A stretch of DNA of 64,000 bases from positions 4,838-68,837 of the forward strand of contig CAZJKL010000007.1 of the NCBI GenBank assembly GCA_964546655.1, read 5' to 3'. The notes beneath the pieces were generated by a model. That model made no database searches and was not told where the DNA came from. It saw only the letters and a list, made by a program, of their open reading frames with translations. How positions within the stretch are numbered: the stretch's first letter is position 1; every line of letters starts with the position of its first letter. This document shows positions 59,575 through 64,000 of the stretch, piece by piece. This DNA comes from an uncultured Bacteroidales bacterium. GTDB taxonomy: Bacteria > Bacteroidota > Bacteroidia > Bacteroidales > CAZJKL01. The position numbers and the translations under genes were made by a program.

Positions 59575-60354
59575 TTACAATAAAGTTTCGATAAAGTTTT
59601 TGCAGGCTAATCCAGGATTTTTTTCTTTCATAAAATTTTCACCTATAAGAAATCCATTAAAGCCATATTGTTTTAGTTTAAAAATATTTTTTGCATCAGA
59701 AATTCCGCTTTCAGATACTTTCAAAAAGTTATTGCCAATATATTCTGAAAGCATAATCGAATTATTTATATCAACTTTAAAACTATGTAAATCTCTATTG
59801 TTAACTCCAACAATATCAATATCATCACATATTTTATCAAATTCATTTTTATTATGAATTTCAAATAACACATCTAATTTTAATGATTTAGCAAGTTTTG
59901 TAAATTGCTTAATTTCGTTTTTTGTTAAAATTGCCGAAATAAGTAAAATGGCATCAGCTCCAATCGATTTTGCTTCAATAATTTGAAAAGGGTCAATAAT
60001 AAAATCTTTTCTAAGTATTGGGCAATTAACTGTTCTAGATGAAATAATATCATTATCGTTTCCTTTAAAAAAATTAGTTTCTGTTAATATTGATATTGCA
60101 GCTACTCCGGCATTACAATAATCAGTTGTAACTTCATTTACAAGAGCTTCATTATTTATAATTCCTTTAGATGGCGAATTTCGTTTAAACTCAGCTATTA
60201 TACCTGTTTTATTATTGGTTAAAGCATCTTTCAACGAATAAGTATTTCTTGAAAACAATATTGTTTTTTCAAGCGATTTAATATCAATAACTTTTTTCTT
60301 ATTACTAACTTCAATTTTCTTTTCAAAAACTATTTTATCTAAAATTGTTTCCAT
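59575..60354 (-). CDS. trpC: Indole-3-glycerol-phosphate synthase
   Basis: IAEFKRNSPSKG, LRKDFI, GVNNRDL and SESGI motifs. Confidence 0.92.
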   Translation of the reverse strand: METILDKIVFEKKIEVSNKKKVIDIKSLEKTILFSRNTYSLKDALTNNKTGIIAEFKRNSPSKGIINNEALVNEVTTDYCNAGVAAISILTETNFFKGNDNDIISSRTVNCPILRKDFIIDPFQIIEAKSIGADAILLISAILTKNEIKQFTKLAKSLKLDVLFEIHNKNEFDKICDDIDIVGVNNRDLHSFKVDINNSIMLSEYIGNNFLKVSESGISDAKNIFKLKQYGFNGFLIGENFMKEKNPGLACKNFIETLL

Positions 60355-60359
60355 AATAA

Positions 60360-61352
60360 CTAGTTTAAATTAATTAAAATATCGAATGATTTTTTTGCCT
60401 TACCCGACAATAAAGATTCTTTTGCCATTTCGATGCATTCTAAAAACGATTTTTCTTTATAAACACAATTAATTCCTATTGCTGCATTTATAATAACCAC
60501 GCTGTTTTGTGCTTCTGAACCATTATTATTTAAAATACTAATAAATATATTTGCAGATTCTTTAACAGAATTTCCACCCGAAATTTCATTATGTTTAATA
60601 ATTTCAAAATTGAAATCATTAGGTGAAACAATTTTTTCGGAATTATTGGTAATTAGTTTAAAATTATTAGTTAAAGAAATTTCATCATATCCGTCTAAAG
60701 AATGAACTATTGAATAATTATAATCGGTAGATTGAAATAAATAATTGTATAATCGTGCTATTTCAAGGTTATAAACACCTATAACTTGATTTTTGGGTAA
60801 ACAAGGATTAACAATTGGTCCAAGAATATTAAAGAAAGTTTTTACTCCAAGCATTTGTCTTATTGGAGCAACTTCTTTCATTGCCGGATGGAATAAAGGA
60901 GCATGTAAAAAACAAATATTAGCTTTTTCAAGTTGTTTAGTTAAGACCTCTTTTTTGTTTGTGAATTTATATCCCAAAAAACTTAAAACATCAGAAGAGC
61001 CACAAACAGAAGAAACGCTTGTATTACCGTGTTTTGCAACATGAATACCTGCTCCTGCTAAAACAAATGAAGCTAATGTAGAAATATTAAAAGTATCTTT
61101 ACCGTCGCCACCAGTTCCACACATATCTATTGTATTGTAATCACTAAAATCAAGTTTTAAACATAACTCAAGCAATGCATCACGAAAACCAGATAACTCT
61201 TCAACGGTAATGTGACGCATTAAATAAACCGAAATAAATGAAGCAATTTGAGCTTGATTATAATTGCCCTTTCCAATATTTATAAGAATATCTTTCGCTT
61301 GATTACGATCTAGCGATTTTTGATTATATAAATAATTTAAAACATCTTTCAT
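60360..61352 (-). CDS. trpD: Anthranilate phosphoribosyltransferase
   Basis: CGTGGDGKDTFNIST, KHGN and related motifs. Confidence 0.93.
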   Translation of the reverse strand: MKDVLNYLYNQKSLDRNQAKDILINIGKGNYNQAQIASFISVYLMRHITVEELSGFRDALLELCLKLDFSDYNTIDMCGTGGDGKDTFNISTLASFVLAGAGIHVAKHGNTSVSSVCGSSDVLSFLGYKFTNKKEVLTKQLEKANICFLHAPLFHPAMKEVAPIRQMLGVKTFFNILGPIVNPCLPKNQVIGVYNLEIARLYNYLFQSTDYNYSIVHSLDGYDEISLTNNFKLITNNSEKIVSPNDFNFEIIKHNEISGGNSVKESANIFISILNNNGSEAQNSVVIINAAIGINCVYKEKSFLECIEMAKESLLSGKAKKSFDILINLN

Positions 61353-61401
61353 TTTCTTATTTATTAAAATTAAATAATTTGCACTTTTTAATGTGTATTA
61401 A

Positions 61402-61980
61402 TTATTCATTTATCCAATTATCAATTATTTTTTCGCCATAATCTGTTAAAATTGATTCGGGGTGAAATTGAACTGCTTTAACATCATAAACCTTATGTTT
61501 TATCGCCATTATTAAACCTTCTTCATCTTCGGCAGTAATTGACAAGCATTCGGGAAAGTTTTCTCTAGATGCAACCCAACTATGATATCTTCCAGAATTA
61601 AAAACAATAGGAATATTTTTAAATAAAGGTTCTGTTGGGTCTTTTATAATAGTTTTTTTAGCAACCCCGTGAAAAACATTATTTAAATTATTAAGTTTTC
61701 CTCCAAAAACCTGTGTAATTGCCTGAAGACCTAAACAGATACCAAAGATACTTTTAGTTTTATGATATGTTTTTATTAAATCCATTAAGATACCCGAATC
61801 AATTGGCAATCCTGGTCCGGGTGACAATAAAATTTTATCATATTTTTCAATGTCTTTTAATGAAATCTTATCATTTCTAAATACATCAACTTTTTTATCG
61901 GTAAATTTCTCGATATAGTGAACAAGATTGTATGTAAACGAATCGTAATTATCAAGAACCAAAATATTTTTCATTTTCAT
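61402..61980 (-). CDS. trpG: Anthranilate synthase component II (glutamine amidotransferase)
   Basis: ILVLDNYDSFTYNL, the GICLG catalytic Cys and FHPES. Confidence 0.93.
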   Translation of the reverse strand: MKMKNILVLDNYDSFTYNLVHYIEKFTDKKVDVFRNDKISLKDIEKYDKILLSPGPGLPIDSGILMDLIKTYHKTKSIFGICLGLQAITQVFGGKLNNLNNVFHGVAKKTIIKDPTEPLFKNIPIVFNSGRYHSWVASRENFPECLSITAEDEEGLIMAIKHKVYDVKAVQFHPESILTDYGEKIIDNWINE

Positions 61981-61986
61981 GTTTTT

Positions 61987-63399
61987 TTAATTAATATTTT
62001 CTGCGACTTCAATAGCTTTTCTTAAAGCCCCAAGTTTGTTATTAATTTCTGCAAATTCATTATTTACATCAGATTGTTCAACTATACCAGCACCTGCTCT
62101 ATAAGTTAATTCATTATCAACACTTAAAAAAGATCTAATCATAATAGCCTGATTTAAATTGCCATTGAAACCAATAAAACCAATACATCCACCATAAAAG
62201 CCTCTGCTACTATTTTCAGTTTCTTTAATTATTTCCATTGCCCTATATTTAGGAGCTCCCGACAATGTTCCAGCAGGAAAACTATCGAATAAAACCTTAA
62301 TAATATTTGTTTTATCTTTTATTTCACCAACAATACTTGAAACCAAGTGTATTACATGTGAATAATAATGTATTTCGGCAAAACTTTTTACTTTTACATT
62401 ATTGCAATTTTTAGAAAGGTCATTTCTTCCTAAATCAACAAGCATTGTATGTTCGGCTTTTTCTTTAGGGTCATTAATTAATTGTTGAGCACTAATGCTA
62501 TCTTCTTTCTCTTTACCTGTACGAAGAACCGTTCCGGCTATTGGATTAATATATGCTTTATTATTTTTTATTATAAGTTGTGCTTCGGGAGAAGAGCCAA
62601 ACAAATGATAATTTCCATAATCAAAATAAAACAAATATGGCGACGGGTTTATTGAACGCAAAGCACGGTAAACATTAAAATCATCACCTTTAAATTTTTG
62701 TTTATATTGTCGTGACAATACTACCTGAAAAACTTCACCAAAACTAGAATAGTTTTTACCTTTTCTAACGTAGTTTTTATATTCGTCATCAGAAATTTCT
62801 GAAACTTCATTGCCAACAATATCAAACTTAAATTTTGGAGCTACATTTTTGTATATCAAATCAATAATATCATCCATTGTGCTTTTTTCATTATCGAACA
62901 AATATTCGTAAATTATTAATTCGTTTTTAAAATGATTGAATGATATAATATATTGATAAAAATTAAGATTAATGTCTGGAATTATTTGACTGTGAGGCAA
63001 ATCAATATTTTCAAATAAACGTATCGAGTCATAATTAAAATGACCAATTATTCCGCTTAATTCATTCTTGTTTATTGGATTAAAACAATTAATAAAATCT
63101 GAGATAATAGTTTGGGCCGAATTATCTTTATCAATGTTTTTAATTACTTCTGAACCATTAGGATAATTTATTTTAAATGATTCTTTTGTGAAAATTAATC
63201 CTGCACGAGGCTTAAGACAGATAAAAGAATAACTATTTTCTTGACTGTGATAATCAGCACTTTCAAGCAGAACAGAATTAAAGTATTTATCTCGTGCTTT
63301 TAAATAAATATTTATAGGAGTAAAAGTATCTGCAAGTAGTGTTCTTTTGTTTATATTAAAACTATATTTTGAGTTCATTTTTTTAAAATTTAAAATCAT
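61987..63399 (-). CDS. trpE: Anthranilate synthase component I
   Basis: Chorismate-binding C-terminal motifs (FPAGTLSGAPKYRAMEII, GFYGGCIGF, AGAGIV). The true start is probably the second ATG at 63378 (MNSKYSF), because 63399 abuts the leader terminator T-run. Confidence 0.93.
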   Translation of the reverse strand: MILNFKKMNSKYSFNINKRTLLADTFTPINIYLKARDKYFNSVLLESADYHSQENSYSFICLKPRAGLIFTKESFKINYPNGSEVIKNIDKDNSAQTIISDFINCFNPINKNELSGIIGHFNYDSIRLFENIDLPHSQIIPDINLNFYQYIISFNHFKNELIIYEYLFDNEKSTMDDIIDLIYKNVAPKFKFDIVGNEVSEISDDEYKNYVRKGKNYSSFGEVFQVVLSRQYKQKFKGDDFNVYRALRSINPSPYLFYFDYGNYHLFGSSPEAQLIIKNNKAYINPIAGTVLRTGKEKEDSISAQQLINDPKEKAEHTMLVDLGRNDLSKNCNNVKVKSFAEIHYYSHVIHLVSSIVGEIKDKTNIIKVLFDSFPAGTLSGAPKYRAMEIIKETENSSRGFYGGCIGFIGFNGNLNQAIMIRSFLSVDNELTYRAGAGIVEQSDVNNEFAEINNKLGALRKAIEVAENIN

Positions 63400-63402
63400 A
63401 AA

Positions 63403-63433
63403 TAAAAAAAGGCCTGCCGAAAATGGCAGGCCT
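63403..63433 (-). terminator. trp leader attenuator terminator
   Basis: On the minus strand, a 9-bp GC-rich stem AGGCCTGCC/GGCAGGCCT with a 6-nt loop is followed by TTTTTTT. It ends about 25 nt before the trpE ATG at 63378. Confidence 0.75.
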
Positions 63434-63473
63434 ATATATATTTTACAAAATGGATATGGCTTTTGCTTTTCGA

Positions 63474-63524
63474 CTAATTTAAATCAAAAGAATGCCACCA
63501 CCAATATTTGTTTATATTTATCAT
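63474..63524 (-). CDS. trpL: trp operon leader peptide (16 aa) with three consecutive Trp codons
   Basis: The minus strand reads ATG ATA AAT ATA AAC AAA TAT TGG TGG TGG CAT TCT TTT GAT TTA AAT TAG, giving MININKYWWWHSFDLN. It lies between a TATATTTG promoter box and the terminator hairpin. Confidence 0.7.
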   Translation of the reverse strand: MININKYWWWHSFDLN

Positions 63525-63544
63525 ATTATTGTTAATTTGTTATG

Positions 63545-63552
63545 CAAATATA
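63545..63552 (-). promoter_or_regulatory. -7 promoter box TATATTTG for the trp leader/operon
   Basis: TAnnTTTG match on the minus strand, 20 nt upstream of the leader-peptide ATG. Confidence 0.5.
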
Positions 63553-63653
63553 AAAAATAAATTAAAAAAACAAAAATTTAAATACATTAGTTTAAAATAA
63601 TTACTTCTTTCATTTTATGTTTTTTTTATGAAATTAAAAAATCGCTCCTAAGA

Positions 63654-64000
63654 GGCTTTTTTGTCATTTTGAACGAAGTAAAAAGTCTTAAAATATTGAA
63701 TATTAGGTTCTTCGCTGTCGCTCAGAATGACAAGGCTTCGCTCAGAAAGACAAGGCTACCACCCAGAAGATTAAAGGCTTTTTTTGTCTTGCTGAGGAAC
63801 GAAGCATCTTTTTTATGAAGATATAAGACCCTTCACTGCCGTTCAGGGAGACAAAAGATTAGCTCAAAATGGTAAAAGGCTTTGTTTTTGTCATTTTGAA
63901 CGAATTAAAAAATCTAAACGCGTTGATTGTTAGATTCTTCGATTCGCTCAGAAGTACAAGGCTACCGCTCAGAAGGACAAAAAAAACGAAGGCCCTTGCT
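63654..64000. repeat. Tandem array of 102-122-nt long-hairpin repeat units, continuing past the window edge
   Basis: Units start with GGC(T/C)TT... at 63654, 63776, 63878 and 63991. Each carries inverted arms of the type GTCATTTTGAACGAAG ... CTTCG..CGCTCAGAATGAC (for example 63663-63678 and 63710-63731). Confidence 0.75.

Noticed and set aside
63347-63535. 62-aa plus-strand ORF across the trpE start and leader
   Set aside because: It is antisense to the trpE start, the attenuator hairpin and the leader peptide. The minus-strand regulatory reading explains every element of the sequence.

Overview
AT-rich segment (about 28-30% GC by eye) that looks like a Bacteroidota chromosome. Supporting signs are recurrent TAnnTTTG -7 promoter boxes 17-45 nt upstream of start codons, S46 and M16 peptidases, 'YGC' lipoboxes and a possible T9SS-style C-terminal domain. 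About 58 protein genes are packed tightly and most are housekeeping. They include ftsH, rsfS, birA, cdsA-psd, pdxA, rpmA, serS, rsmA, aroE, a complete trpEGDCFBA operon, a PccB/MmdA-type carboxyltransferase with a biotin carrier, and a two-component system. Envelope and polysaccharide genes are also present: a GT9 transferase, two tandem Wzz-like genes with an O-antigen-ligase-like gene, and a ugd/tviB/tviC-like nucleotide-sugar module. I found no rRNA, tRNA, CRISPR array, transposase or integrase, and no obvious multi-gene defense or novel protein system. The least ordinary content is non-coding. (1) A roughly 0.65-kb, GC-enriched block packed with hairpins lies between the convergent S46 peptidase and alpha-2-macroglobulin genes. 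(2) Tandem 100-120-nt long-hairpin repeats sit at the right edge and share a 16-nt core with block 1. (3) A nested dyad-symmetric four-hairpin element lies between rsmA and trpA. (4) A Trp-Trp-Trp leader peptide plus terminator precedes trpE. Smaller items are a decayed MNT-type nucleotidyltransferase relic, an unannotated 56-aa lipoprotein ORF, an extreme Asn/Tyr/Ser low-complexity secreted protein paired with an outer-membrane barrel, a 2002-aa alpha-2-macroglobulin with an intact CSEQ thioester motif, and a eukaryote-like UDP-glucose dehydrogenase. All functional calls come from reading motifs in the translations. No database search was run.
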